Below, one piece after another: positions 24,509 through 38,105 of a stretch of DNA of 64,000 bases. Under the pieces are notes generated by a model that did no database searches, was not told the origin of the DNA, and worked only from the letters and a program-made list of their open reading frames with translations. Source of the stretch: Trichosphaerium sp. ATCC 40318 (lineage: Eukaryota > Protista > Tubulinea); NCBI GenBank assembly GCA_038496445.1, contig JALMLS010000370.1, forward strand, positions 124,001 through 188,000, read 5' to 3'. The position numbers were made by a program, and so were the translations under genes. The number at the start of each line of letters is the position of its first letter. Position 1 is the first letter of the stretch.

Positions 24509-27500
24509 ATGGCTGAGAGCGAAGTAAAGCTCCTTAGCCTTGTGCTATCTAAATTTGCGCTGGTGGAAGGGTCAGACCTTTCTGATTTGTTAGCCAGGTA
24601 TTTGATGCCTATCATACTAAAATTCTCGTCTCCTCACGAGGTTACGCGTAAAAAAGTACTACAAGTGTTAAACCACATAACGCAACTAGTGTCGCCTCAA
24701 CACAGTGTTCGGTACGTAAATACATGAGGTAATTTTAACGCTTTTTGAAGCTTACCAATGACGGATTTGGTGACTGAATATTTAAAGCCTAAAATATCGA
24801 GTTTCGCGCGGAATATACTCCTCATGTACATTGAGATGGGTTTTGATCGTGAACCAAAAGAGGTACAAATTGTTGATGTTGTGTTGTGTTGTGTGACTCA
24901 CTTATTCGCCAGAATCGTACTAAATTGTGCTTGATGCTACTAAGCAGCACCATGCAATTGCAGGGAAAGCATAGAGATTCAGCGTTACACTTGGCCGTAC
25001 CTGTATGATGAGTGATTCTTTTAATAAGTATATGTATAATGTTTATATCTGACAGTCACGTGTGTAGGTGCTACAGACGATCAAAGTACCTCAAGACAAG
25101 CTCAAGTGCAAAGCAGCCGTACCATTCTTATCATCTCTTCAAGGTTAGGTGCACTATAAACTGCTAAATTGCTAATATGATTTCATATAGATGTAGTTCT
25201 CGTTTTGGACTTTTGTGTTGACATAATGTTGTACAATCCTCGTCCCACTGAGTGCGTCCTTATACTGCAATAATCAAAGTACTTACGTTGTTTTTAGCGC
25301 TAATCCCATGGGCCCTGTAGCAGTCTGTCCAGGGCTTAGTCTAGTAGCCACAAAACGATTACAAACCAAAAAAGTGCTCACTACGGCGGAGGTAGAGGCT
25401 AGAAAGGTACTTGTAATACTTCTTAAGGCTTGATTAACTTTTTACCAGCTTGGAATTATTTCGTTTTGGGTTGATGTGACCACAGCTGCTGCGATTCCTG
25501 AGGTACTTTCACACTAATTCATCCACGAACAAATATAACCCAATGTAAGGTTTTGTTGATACCACTGTTCTTGACAGCTTCAGCAGATATTCTACACACT
25601 GTTCAAAGAGAAGGGACGAACGCACTTAAAAAACTGGACAAACTGGACTTGGAAAATAAAGGTGTAAGTATTTGCAATAGAAAATAGACAGTGGATCCTG
25701 TTTCAATCTAACCCCTGATGGACTTTAGATTATTGCAAAACTGTTTGCAATGTTTCATGGTTCTCCGAACACAATAGCCGCTAATGTAAAGCGGTTACCA
25801 TACAATTTTATGGGCCGTGAATTGATAATGGATCACTTATCGAAATCCAAGCTTGCAACCAATTTTTTCCCACAAACACTTCAAACAATTTTTGAATGTC
25901 TTTTTGGTGTACGGAAAATCTGATTACATTCAACACTCAATTGTTTCAGGTTGGATCAAGTGCACGTCTAAGAACTCAAGGCATGATTTTTACACAAAGA
26001 GTATTCAGAATTGCAGACAAGGCACAGCTAAAAGTGATGGCTCCGATTGTCCTCGGTGGCTTGCTAAAATATCTTGGGCAACTACGCGATGGCTCTTCTA
26101 CAGCCAAACCCTCAGAAGTGACAAGCGCTAAAAGCTCTATTTTGTCCGCAATAAGCGCATTGGCACAGCGCACTCCAGAATTATTTGCTGGCAACGTCAA
26201 AATGCTCAAGGTACAAAACTAAGGCAATCACATTGGTTCATTATTTTCTCATCGTTTGCTGGTAGGAACTTTTTGACTCGATGCTCACAGAAGAACCATC
26301 CATACGTATTGCATTACAAGAGTGCTTATCCAGTCTGTGTCCAGCCTACACTGGCAGTGCGGATAGTTTATCCCTCAAGCCATATCTCTCGCAATTTATT
26401 GAACAGGTAACAGCCGCAACCTCACCGTTATCCCCTTTACTTAGTAATTCCTTTAGAAATTGCCACAAGCACGATTTGCAGCTTTGTTTTACATGAACAG
26501 ACTGTTCCCATTCAGCGATCCTAACGCTCGTTTCGCAAACTTGCTTCACACAAATGACTCGAAAAATGAAATTAAGACTGAAGCAAGAAAGGCACTAAAA
26601 TCATACAATAGATCGACATATGTTCTAACACTATTGTAGGGATTGCAACCATACATAGTAGTTAAGAATGATATTAAACGAGATGACAACACAAAGTGGC
26701 CTGATTGGGCAGGTCAGTATCTATTCCTTCCCCTTGCTTTTCAGAAAAACTACGTCGTAATTCAAACAATTAACATCAATTGTATAGAGTTTATTGCCAC
26801 AATCAACAAAGAAATGGTTGCTCGAAAGCCTTCTGATGATGCTGGTCAAGTGTTCCCACCAAGTATATTCCGACAGATACTGCTGTTTGCAGACAAGGTA
26901 TTTACGCACAACAAACAAAAAGACCAAAGTTTCAAGGAGTACATACTCACCTTTGGCGATGCTACTAGCGATGCCAATCCTGTTGCGGGTTACAGGTAAG
27001 CCACAGTTATCCAATGCATTCACCTTACAATTGTTAAGAGGGTTATTACGCCGTGGTGTTGTCGAAGGCAAAAGCAATGCAGAGTTACTTAGCACTTCTG
27101 TAAAGTTGATTAACCAGTTAATCACATACAACCCTGACATGTTTGGGCCGTTGTATGCCGCTGAAATGGATTTGTTTGTACCTCTACTGAACACTGGTAC
27201 TCGCGATGGCATGAAGATAATAGCAAAAATCATCTCAATTTTACTGCCTTACTACGACAAGACCAAGCGTGCTACCCTCATAGAACAGATAATAAAACAA
27301 GTTGAAGCTAGTGAATACGCACCAATATGGTGCATTGGCTTTATTATTTCAAGGTACAACAAATTACACAAAAGGTTACCTAACTTACTTGCTACAGATG
27401 CACGGAAGTAGGGCTTGGAGCCGAAATAGAACCAATATCAAAACGTGTTATACCAGTATTGCTCAAAATTTTAGCTGCTAAAAACACACACGATCAAATA

Positions 27501-30500
27501 GCAGCCGCTCAAGCAATTGGCCTCATCGGTTAGTCTATTTTTATTATTGTTGAGGAAAAAAGTTAACACTGTTTTAGGTCGTTTTTCTGCATTACCGTTC
27601 GCTGATGGCAATCCATCCGATTCAGATACCACATTGACTAAATGTAGCATTGCTACAAAACTTGGTGGCGGCTTGATGTCTCCAGAACGGACTGTGGTGC
27701 GCACCTTATTTTCATTTGTGTCACTCACATTGAACGAATTGTAACACAACCTTCCAATTGTAGATTGAAGCAGCTGCCCTCGCGTTGGCAAATTTGTGTC
27801 TAGGAGAAAATAACCCACTTTTGTCGACTATTGCTATTGATGCTATATTCCGCCGTGCTGACTACAAACAACCTGACTTACACTTCACCCTTGGGTAAGA
27901 GCAAACATCACAATAAATGTATGATTCAATTAAATGGGGTATAGGGAAGCGTTGGCTGTCATAGGAGCTGGTTGGAAGTCTGAGATGTCTCGTGATCCTA
28001 TTACTGGTAACGGGCCACAACACAAATCACCTATAGAGAAGCAAGATGAGCCTATGAATACAATAGTGAACAGGTTGCTTAAACAAACCTTTCACAAAAC
28101 ACTGACTCGTCCTGGTAAGTTCTGTTTTTCCTTTTTTTTTCTACGCACTTGTAATTGACGATTAGTATTTAGGAGCATCAATATGGCTTCTTTGCATCCT
28201 GAAATACTCAGGGCAGCATCCAATATTGTCTGGGTGGCTGAAAGAGATCCAGGAAGTTTACTCCCAGTGTTTGGGTGCCAACGATGGTAATAATCCTCCC
28301 TATTTAAACCTATATAACTCACTCTCTCCTAGATTTGGTCCAAGAAGTGGCTGCAAAGGCTCTTGTTCTCGTATATGATCATGGCGACGAAGGATCCAAG
28401 GGTGAATTGGTTAAAACACTTGTAGAAGCCATCAGCAAAGGTGTGAGATTGAGTTTTGTCGTTGAGGTTAATATTGGTGATAGGTAAGGCTGGTGCCAAG
28501 GTCGAAGATGATACCAAGCTATTCAAAGAGGGCGCGCTAAAGATTGGCGGTGGCAAGAGCATATCCACATACAAGGTAAAAAATACCTCTTCCTCAAGTT
28601 ACAAAAACTTACATTTTGAAGGAACTTTGTGATGTAGCAGCTCAAACCAATCAACCAGATCTCGTATATAAACTGATGAATCTGTCATCACACCACACCC
28701 TCTGGAACTCGAAGAAGGGCGCAGCGTTTGCAGCAACTGAACTAGCAGACAAAGCGGGTGAAGCAATGAAGGAGTACTATCCTGTTCTTATCCCAAAGCT
28801 GTTCCGGTACATAATTTGGAACTACTGCCGTTAATTAGTTATCACGTGTTAATACGAATTTAGTGGATCTTATGATCCTAACTCACGCATTGCACAAGCG
28901 ATGAAGAATATCCTTTTCTCAATGGTAAAAAATCTGACCACAGCGAGTGCGTTTTGAAAAGTATTCTCCATATGAAACACTAACAAGAGCAACAGCGAAT
29001 GATTACTTTGATGTAATTATGAAGGACCTTGTGTCGCACCTCTGGGCGCCAATGTGGCGAGAGCGCGAAGCTGCAGCTATGGTATATCTCCCTTCCTAGT
29101 TATTGACACGGGCTAATATGTGGTAGGGCGTTTGTGATGCATTGCAAGGCAAGACCATGACTCAAGCGGAACCATTTCTTCAAGAGCTGTGGGAAAAGAT
29201 ATTTAAACTCCTAGATGATCAAAAAGAAACTGTCAGAAACGCAGCTATGATGGCCGCCAAGAGCGTTAGCTCCTTGACCGCTAGGTAAGTTTCACGTGAT
29301 GTTGCGAACGCGTTCAGCTAAGACTTATTGTAGATTGTGCGATCCGAGGTTTGCTAAACGGGAGGAAGGCCAACGTGCAGTTGCTATCGCTTTCCCTGTA
29401 TTGATGAATAAGGTATTGTATTGCACTCTTTGTATTTACAAGTTGTGGCTAATAACATTTGGTCTAGGGTCTGAAATCACCCGTAAAGGAAGTTCAGCAA
29501 TTCACTGTGAATAACATTTACAAAATTGCTCGTGTATCATCTCACTTACTGCGAACGCATATTGCCACTGTTGCATCTACGCTCCTAGAATGCCTGTCAG
29601 CTCTAGAACCGCGAGGCCTTGACTACATGTCATTCCATGCACAAAGCTCTGGCATTGGTCAAGAGCAGTTTGGTACGTACCGAACCAATACCACTCTACT
29701 CCACATCACTAACACACTTTGTAGAAGCGATTAGATTGGAAGTGTCAAAGTTGAGCGTTGTCAATGACACGCTAGATATTTGTGTTCGACAAGTGGATGC
29801 TACCAACATTGAAGAGCTTGCGATCAAGCTAGCAGAATTATTGAAGAACGGTATAGGACTTACGACTCGCGTTGGTACAGCCAGATTCATTGGATCTTTG
29901 GCAAATCTCAAGAAAAAGGTATTTTTGTTTTTTGTAAAGCGAGTCCACACACACAGAATGATTTTAATGAACCATTGAGCAGCAAATTGCAACGAGTAGA
30001 AGCAGTATCGGAAAGCTATTAAATGGTTTATTGCGTGGTACTGGTGCTAAATCACCGTCTGAACGCAAAGCGTATGCTGTTGCCCTAGGATTGTTGATGC
30101 CAATTGCGAGCGATAAGCAAGTTGGTAAAACGATAGAAAGGGTACGGTAACAAATAAGAGTTGCAACACCTGTTCATTTTTCTTTGTAGCTTTTGCGGGT
30201 ATTTAACAACGAATCTACACCAGAAGCAATAGAAGGTGCCTCTCACTTTATCTATGAGATTGCCAAGACCTCTCCAAAACGGATGCAACCTTACTTTGAG
30301 TACGTCTCCTGTCTTACTTCTTTTGTGTGCTTAACGAAGTGGTAGCGTGCTGATGCCAATTGTATTTTTATATCGCCAAGACAGCAGCGATACAGTCAAA
30401 AAGCTGTTCAACAACATTTGGGTTGAGATGGTACTTCTTACTCCATTGTTTGACATGATACTTTTATATTTACACACTATGAACAGGGAGCATCCATCGC

Positions 30501-31797
30501 ATTGTATGCAAAACAAATATCCAAGAGGCTCACAGAAACACTGGACAATGATAGCTGGGCACTCAAACGTCAAGGAGCTGACGCTATATGTTTGCTTGTA
30601 GAATCAACAAGCGCACTCTCACTAGCAAAGTTTTCACCTGGACTTTTGAATGCACTCATCGCTGCTCTTCGAGGTACATGCGATGTCTTTGTTTGCATAA
30701 CTTTGTGGAATAAAGAACTCAACCCTATTTTAGGACGTACTTGGGATGGTAAACACAAGTTATTGAAGGCTATTCATATGGTCATCGTTGATGCTCGGCT
30801 GTACACAGATCTGACCAAGGTTTGTTGTTAGGTGCTTATTGAGTATTAATCAATCGTTTCATTTAGGAGCTCACAGCTGACTGCAACCTACCAACAAGGC
30901 TTGTTATTATCAATAAGCTCCTTCCAGAATGTAAAAACAAAAATGAGGAGTATGCTTATGAGGCTATTGCAGTGTTAGGCAAGATACTTGAACACTTTCA
31001 CAAGGTACATATTTTTTTTGTTGGTACTTGCTGCTTACCACTTACGCCCATAGTATGATGATAAGTTTGATGCTTTTGACTTGGTCCATGTGCGTATTAT
31101 CATCTTTTTTGGTGTTCGTGTGGCCATCACTGACAACTACAAAGGAGGCAATGTTGAAAAGGATTACTGAGGTTGAAACACTCAAGGATTCTGATAAGCC
31201 CAAAGCATCCGCCAAAGCCAATTCGGCCACTTCTAGAGTGCACGCTGAAGCCTTCAAGACTATGCTTGCTGCTTGGCCTGAAGTATACGCTACACAGAGC
31301 AAACACGTGTCTTCAATAGGCACTCTCTTGATAGACCGACTAGAAAACACAGTGTGGAATGTAAAGTACGCGCACAAACTTATTCTATACAGTCAAAAAC
31401 GAAATCTAACGTACTTGAAAAAGGGTTGCTGTTTTTGAGGCTATCAAAACGTTCATAAAGCGATTGCACATCACAGGGCTATCAGACGCTGAAGGCGGGC
31501 TACTAACACAACCAATGCTGGTAACACTGTTGAAAGTCATCTTTTCGAATGTAAAAACTTCCAGCTACACTGCAGTACATTTGCAGGCATTGCAACTGTT
31601 GTATGTTACGCTCAGGCAAACCAAAGGTAACAACACATCATTCTGTTTTCTGCACAGTGCTAAAAACACATATTATAGATTCCGCTTTATGGTCCTCAGA
31701 AATGTTGCAGGAGTTGAGAACAGAGTTGGATAGCATTGAGCATCAAGCACTCAAGTATGAGGTCGACAAGATCAATGGTTTATTGCTAGTAAGTTAA
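24509..31797 (+). CDS. ECM29: Proteasome adaptor and scaffold protein ECM29 (HEAT repeats)
   Basis: LARYLMPIILKFSSPHEVTRKKVLQVLNHI, STYKELCDVA..NQPDLVYKLMNLSSHHTLWNSKKGAAF, LIPKLFR.SYDPN, WREREAA, DDQKETVR and GIGLTTRVG. Confidence 0.93.
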
Positions 31798-31963
31798 TAC
31801 TGCATTCTCTTTTCATACTAAAACCCTATAGAACTCTGGATTCCCTAATAAGAAACAAAAGCTCCGGTAAAGCCAAATACTAATTTATGTAAACTGTCGT
31901 AAAAATAAAAATGATTGCTTCTTTGTATATCTATCTCTTTTTGACCCTTGTTACATTGCTTGG

Positions 31964-34513
31964 TTAAAAGCTCTTTGGTAACTTTTTCTCAACCTTTTCG
32001 TATCTCCTTATCATCTCGGCGTACATTTGTGTCAGTTGTGGATCAGGCGCAGCGGCAAGCACAACATCTGGATCACCTACAACAGAGTGATACGGAAGAT
32101 AGATGCCCTTAAAATAACATGTTAATAAAAACTCAAATCATTTCGTAAGTACCTTGGTGTCACACACGCTACCGTGCATGGCTCGGTACGCTGCTCCCAA
32201 GGCAGCGGATGCCTCGCTTTTAGCTGTGTAGACGGGTACACCTGAGAATATGTAAGCGGTGATGATTTATCAAATGACACGTGAAAATAAAATCCTAAAT
32301 GCTTGCCGAATACGTTCGCCATGATCTTAAGGATCGCAGGGTTTACGGAAGCGCCACCGGTTGCAATAATTCTTTGAGTGACATTTACACCAATGTTCTT
32401 TGCGTGGAGGTACATTGACATCATTTGACCTTCAATAACAGCGCGGCAGTGCATGTCAGGGTGATTGAATTCGTTTACAGAGTTGCCTACACTATCGAAG
32501 AGATAGGTGCCCTTGAAATAGTGAGCAGCGAGAAGACAAAGTGAGGTTCTACCTTTTTAATGCGTGGTGTAATTTCATCAGCTTCAAAATATATGCCAAT
32601 GTTGCCTTGGTTGCCGGGCATACTATTTGCTAGTTGTTTACCGAAGTTATTCCACTTTTGTTTTTCAGACAGTGTAGCCGTTGTTTGGTTTACGCCATAG
32701 CTATCTCTCACAGATGTTCGTGTTAGAGATCCATTTTTGTAGCAAATGAGCGCCATGTATCCAGCAGGATCTGTAGGATTGCCAAAGACGTGTCCTACAC
32801 CATCGAGTAAACTAGTGCTATCTAGCAATTGGAAATGGCTCGGTACCTTCTTCTGCTGATGGCTGAGCCGTTGGCATTGTGGCAAAGAGGGTATCAGATG
32901 TCCCAAGAGATATTGCAATTTCTCCATCCTTTAAGCGCAGACCAGCTACAGAGCTCGGGTTGTCTCCTATTCACACAATACAGCATCAGTACAATATCTC
33001 AATTTCGGAGGCAGCAGTAAATTTACCTGTGCCCAGTATGACCTGGCAATCTTTAGAGAAACCATACCGAGCTCTCATGTAATTTGAGATTGGTCCACAA
33101 CTAATGTATGAGTCTTGTATCTTGTTTATGTGTTAGAGAGACTCAAACAAATATAAAAAAGATGAGGATTCTCCAATACCGATCCTAGTTTTTCTTCCAA
33201 GTTGCGTCCTCCCATGCTCAGCAATTTTGGTACCTCAATAAAAATGTAAGAAAAGTGAATGTAGGGTAAAGCAGGCTGAGCAGTACCCATTGTTTTGTGC
33301 GAATATCCATCAGGTTCATACCAGCGCCATCACCCGGTTCGATTGGAGTGTATGCACCTTTACATGACGTCTTAGTGCCGCATTAAACCACGTGCATACT
33401 GTACCTCGTAGTAGTGATGTTACAAAGCTACTGACCAATGAGATACGCTCAGTATTTGCGTATTCCCGAGATTTTGTTTTTGAAATCTACTTCCAATAAG
33501 CGCAATGCTAGCTACCAGGAACGCACCTTTGCAATTTGCGAAAGTGTGAATCTTTCGTACATTCGCGATCCTGTAGCCTTAGCCACGGCCTCAGCACCTC
33601 CAAAAGCGTTTTCAATTCGCTTACAAATTTGTCTAGACACTGGGTCAGTCACGTGTTCAAATACATCTCATGAATACGTCGTGGAAGAGTCTCTCCATAT
33701 TGGGCTATTAGGTACTGAAAAACCATCTTTTAATGCGTGCTCAAGTGTGTAATTCGGATTCGCTAACTCTAGTTTTTCCAAGGAACCTCAACTTCTTGTT
33801 AACGTGACAAGTGTACACTTGGCGGGAGTCATCAGTTAGATACCTCTCTTCCAATAAACGGAGCCATGTTGCTGTCCAGAAGCAGAAATTGCCATGACAT
33901 TTTCGAAGGGAAATTCTTCAAGCTTCAATTGGGTCAACATCTTGTCCATTGCTGAAACCTACACACTTGTGTCATAAAGCCATTCCGAAACAACCACCAC
34001 ATCGTACCCACATAAGTGTAGGACTGGTCACTTCGCCGTTTGGACCTTCTACAAAGCCATCGGTAGTCTAGAAATGATTTTGAGGGTGACACGTGTTTTT
34101 ATTGGCATTTGTGCAAACCTTAAATTCAACCAAATCTGCATAACTGATTTTTCTGGTGCCTACTTGCTTCAATTTCTCATCGACAGCGACCATTGTGAGA
34201 GATTGCGTTGAGCAATCTAATCCAACAAAAATGGGCGTCTTTATGTGTGTCCACCCAGTAGACTCCTGAAAAATACCTCCTTCAAACATAGCTTCTTTGA
34301 GCTCGTCTTGGAAGTAGTAGCAAGCGACACCTGCAGATGCTAACATTTTTTGTAAAAAGTTGGCTAACAAAAGGCACAAGTACCCAATACGCCTATTATA
34401 GCGATGGTACCGAACCGAGACTTCGGCCGTTCACCAACGTTGTGATAGTTTCGCGTTTTTTTGGAGTATTGCGCTCGCGATGAGTGAAAATATGAGCGAG
34501 AGATCCTGTACAT
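31964..34513 (-). CDS. XYLB: Xylulose kinase (FGGY family, eukaryotic XYLB type) with N-terminal presequence and transmembrane segment
   Basis: FVGLDCSTQS, ISASGQQHGSVYW, PIWRDSST, GSRMYERFTLSQI, ERISLVSSF, GAGMNLMDI, TGDNP, ISLGTSDT, MALICYKNGSLTR, IIATGGASVN and SAALGAAYRA. Confidence 0.93.
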
Positions 34514-34595
34514 GCGGTTATAAAATGATAAAAATGACAAACAACTTTCAAATTCAGTAAACAGTTTTCAACAGCAATAAAACTCCACTGGCAAC

Positions 34596-35801
34596 ATGTA
34601 CCGCACCATTAAAACGCGGTGGCGACAAAGGCAAGTTCTAAGAGAGACTAGTAGGCGTTATTGCTCTGAAATTGCGTATGGTATCCGTAAGGGCATCCAA
34701 ATACTAGAGTGTAGCGACGCTAAGCAAAAAGCGACACTATCAATTGAGGCTACCACTATAATAATGGAGCAAGCAACCACAGCGTTTTCAGGTAAATTCT
34801 TGAGCCTGTCACGCTACTTATGTACGGTTCAGGCGTCGAAGATTGTTTGTCGCTTGTACCAGAGCGCCCTACTAACCCTGAGTTACCAAAACTACTATCA
34901 CCAACAGATATGCCTCGCTACAAAGACCTGAAAGCGTCAGGGATAAGTCCTGCTGTGGCAACACTGCACGGTCTGGCACACGTAGAATTAAGTGCAATAA
35001 CAATGGGTTGGGATACCATGCTTCGCTATGGCCACGAGAAGCTACCTGACAAGTTTTACAAAGACTGGGTAGAAACTTTTTTTTATTATTATTCTCCAAT
35101 GTGTAAACAACCCCAAAAAGTGACAAGTTATCAGGCAAAAATAGTATTTGATGAAGCTACACATTTTCTCTTGTTTTGTGAACGTCTGGAAGCATGTGGA
35201 TTCAACTATGGAGCACTTCCAGCGCACAATAATTTGTGGAACGTTCGTATAGTCAGTATGGAGATTCAATGTTTGCTAATGTTTAGACGGCTGAAATAAC
35301 CAGCCATAGCCTACTTGCAAGAATCGGTGTTATACAACTTGGTGCGTGCAATTATATTGTCAATGTATAAGAAAAGTTACCAGCCAATAGTGCAGGAGGC
35401 ACGTGCGCTAGATTCATGGCAGCGACTAGTCAAAAAGTTTGTGGGAAGTGATGATAATGTGTCTGCTAAAATTGTTGACAAAGTGTGCAGCGAAGAGATA
35501 TTGCACGTGCAGATTGGAATGGAATGGCACTCGAAACATATTCTGGGTTAAGTGGTTTACAGTGTATGTAGGTACCTATGGTTATGCGAACGAGATGGCA
35601 TAGAACCCATCCCGCACTTTCATGAGATTACGCGCAAGTACAACGGCTTACTTCCACCACCATTTAATAAGAAGCTCCGAGCACAAGTTGGTACGCCAAG
35701 GCTGTCAAAAAAAGGTAGCCATAATGACGGTCTGATTAGGTATGACTGAAGACTGGTACATGCCAGTTATGTACAAAAAACCAGAGCGCAGCATGCCGTA
35801 A
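34596..35801 (+). CDS. Ferritin-like diiron protein of the DUF455 (HI_0077-like) family with predicted mitochondrial presequence
   Basis: LHGLAHVELSAI, DEATHF, YGALPAHNNLW, VQEARALD, EEILHVQIG.W and PPFN; Arg-rich N-terminus ending RRYCS. Confidence 0.87.
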
Positions 35802-35970
35802 ATAGCTGATTAACGTACTCGGTGGGTCACTGAGACTCAAAAAAGCGATGTCAATAATTTTGTAAATACAATGTTTTTTATTTGAGTACACCCCGCTGTA
35901 GTGAACACATTAACGTGCTCCTGCTCGATAGAGCAACTGAGTTTCGTTGTTCGCCAAGATACTACGCAGA

Positions 35971-37899
35971 TTACTGCCTTTCTTGGAGACCAAGACCAGA
36001 TATTTGTGCGGTTCTGCCCTATACAAATCGACACGTGAGCAACAAATACAGTAACTATAGGACGTACACTTTTTTCGTTGCGTTTGAGCCACTCCAACAT
36101 AGCGTTGGTACCTTTGTTAATGACAGGTCTTGGAGGAACAACGAGAGGGTTGTGCGATACGTCCATAATTTTGATGTGTGCTAAAAAATAAATTAAAGGT
36201 GGCTCTCTTTAAAAATAGGTTAAATTGTTGTAAGAATCGTACATTGTAGTCGGTACATTTCCCATGGTAATTCAGAGAGCATATTGTGACTGACATCCAA
36301 CTTAATTAAATTATCTAATGACGCAACTTCTGGAGGGAGGTAAGCAATCTCGTTAGATTTACCCTCTAGCTGTGTCAAGTTAGAACAACCACCGATACCA
36401 GAGCACAATTTCTTGAGTTGGTTACCGTTCATGATCAATCTTTGAGAGGGTGTTAGACAGTCAACAGAGCAAACAGTTGGTGACGCACTTTTTCAGAGCA
36501 GTGAGCTGCCCAATCTCGTCTGGAAGATCGGTAATTTCGTTGTTGGAGCAATCAATCGCTTCGAGTTGTCTCATCATGCAGACTTCCATAGGAAGCGAAG
36601 AGAATTGATTTGCAGAAATTGAAATTTTAGTGAGGCCCTTGAGATTACCAAATTCCTTTGGCAACAGCATGTTCCTAATCTTTGTGGTGAGGCATGTTGC
36701 AATTCAAAAAAAACCACCAAACAAAACGCACGTGAGCTGATTTCCTCGCAATTCTAATACCTTCAAGCCAGCAAGCTTACCTACGATCATAGTTAGCGTT
36801 ATGAACCACATAAATGTATTGGTACTAACCAATATCTTTTGGTAGCGTCTTGAGCCTGTTGTTGGCCATATTTAATCTCTCCAACTGACCAAGCAAACCG
36901 AGCTGTGGTGGCACCGCAGGGAGTTGCATGTTGTTTGACATGTTCAACGTCTTCAGATTATTAAGTCCACCAATGGACGGATCTACGTATTCAATCTGTG
37001 CAACGCGGTAAGTTACGGTGAGACGTGTGCAAATAATAAAAAATGCGAAAAGGAAAAACGCTAAAATTTTATCCGCCGAAGATACGTACTCTCAAACCCG
37101 AGATGTCGAGTTCAGTCAAGGCAGGGAAATTAGTGAAGGCAGGTAGGGACATGAGAGCGCCATTTGAACCGATATTCAAATTGAGCAAGCCTCTCAAGTT
37201 AATAAAGCTATCTGGAAGGTCTTGGAGCCTGTTACAGCCTACGTCGAGCTGTTGTAAAGCGACCATATTGCCGATATCCTGTGGTAGTTTCCGGATGACG
37301 TTTTCGTGCACGTCAAGCTTTACAAGCGTTTTAAGAGAGCAAATAGCATCTGGGAGCGCTTGAAGTTGATTCTTACGGCAAATTAGCGTCTTTAGCGATA
37401 CTGATTTCCCCAAATCGGATGGTAGAGTCTTAAGGTTGTTCTCCGAGAGATCGAGATACGTAAGACTTGGGGCGGTTCCGATTTCATCGCAAATTTCGTC
37501 GAGTTGGTTATTCGTTAGCACTAGTTTCGAGAGTGATTGCATTTGACCGAGGGCAGGTGGGAGTGGGTTAAAGAATAGCTTGTTGTTTTGTAGATAGAGC
37601 TCTTTTAGCGTTTTCAATTGACGTATCTCTGGAGGGACATTGTTGACGCGGTTGTTCGATAGATCTAAGTACGTAATTTGGCTCAAACCACATAGTTCTA
37701 CCGGTATGGAAGACAATTCATTATGAGCAAGTACGAGACGCTTGCAAGCAATACTACGTATGTTGGCTGGCAATTCGTCAATCCCCTTTTGCGAAAGGTC
37801 AAGCTCCTCCGCTCTTGAGTACTTTTTGGACTTCATTTGCGAACGCAATTGCTTTGCGCTTGTGTGAGCTGTCTTTTTGTCCTTCTTTTTACGAAACAT
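35971..37899 (-). CDS. lrrA: Leucine-rich-repeat protein, Dictyostelium LrrA-like
   Basis: About 20 LxxLxLxxNxL repeats. N-terminus MKSKKYSRAEELDLSQKGIDELP..ACKRLVLAHNEL and LYLQNNKLFFNPLP resemble LrrA as recalled. Confidence 0.8.
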
Positions 37900-38105
37900 G
37901 CTGTATTTTTGATTAAATGTAGTTTGGTTTGATCAAAAATAGATTTTTGCCTGCCAAAAGCGTTGTGGTAAGCGCATAGTGCTGGGCGTTTTTATCTCAC
38001 TGCTGCTCTCGAGGGTATTATTTAGAGCGCAAGCTACATTTTTGGTGTTTTAAGTGCGAGTAAATGACAGCTTGGTAAACGCCAGTATTCTCAACAACTC
38101 AAAAC

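Noticed and set aside
28908-28920. ATATCCTTT as an AT-AC U12 donor in ECM29
   Set aside because: It reads in frame as AMKNILFSM, matching the ECM29 AMxxIW region, and no U12 branch site follows.
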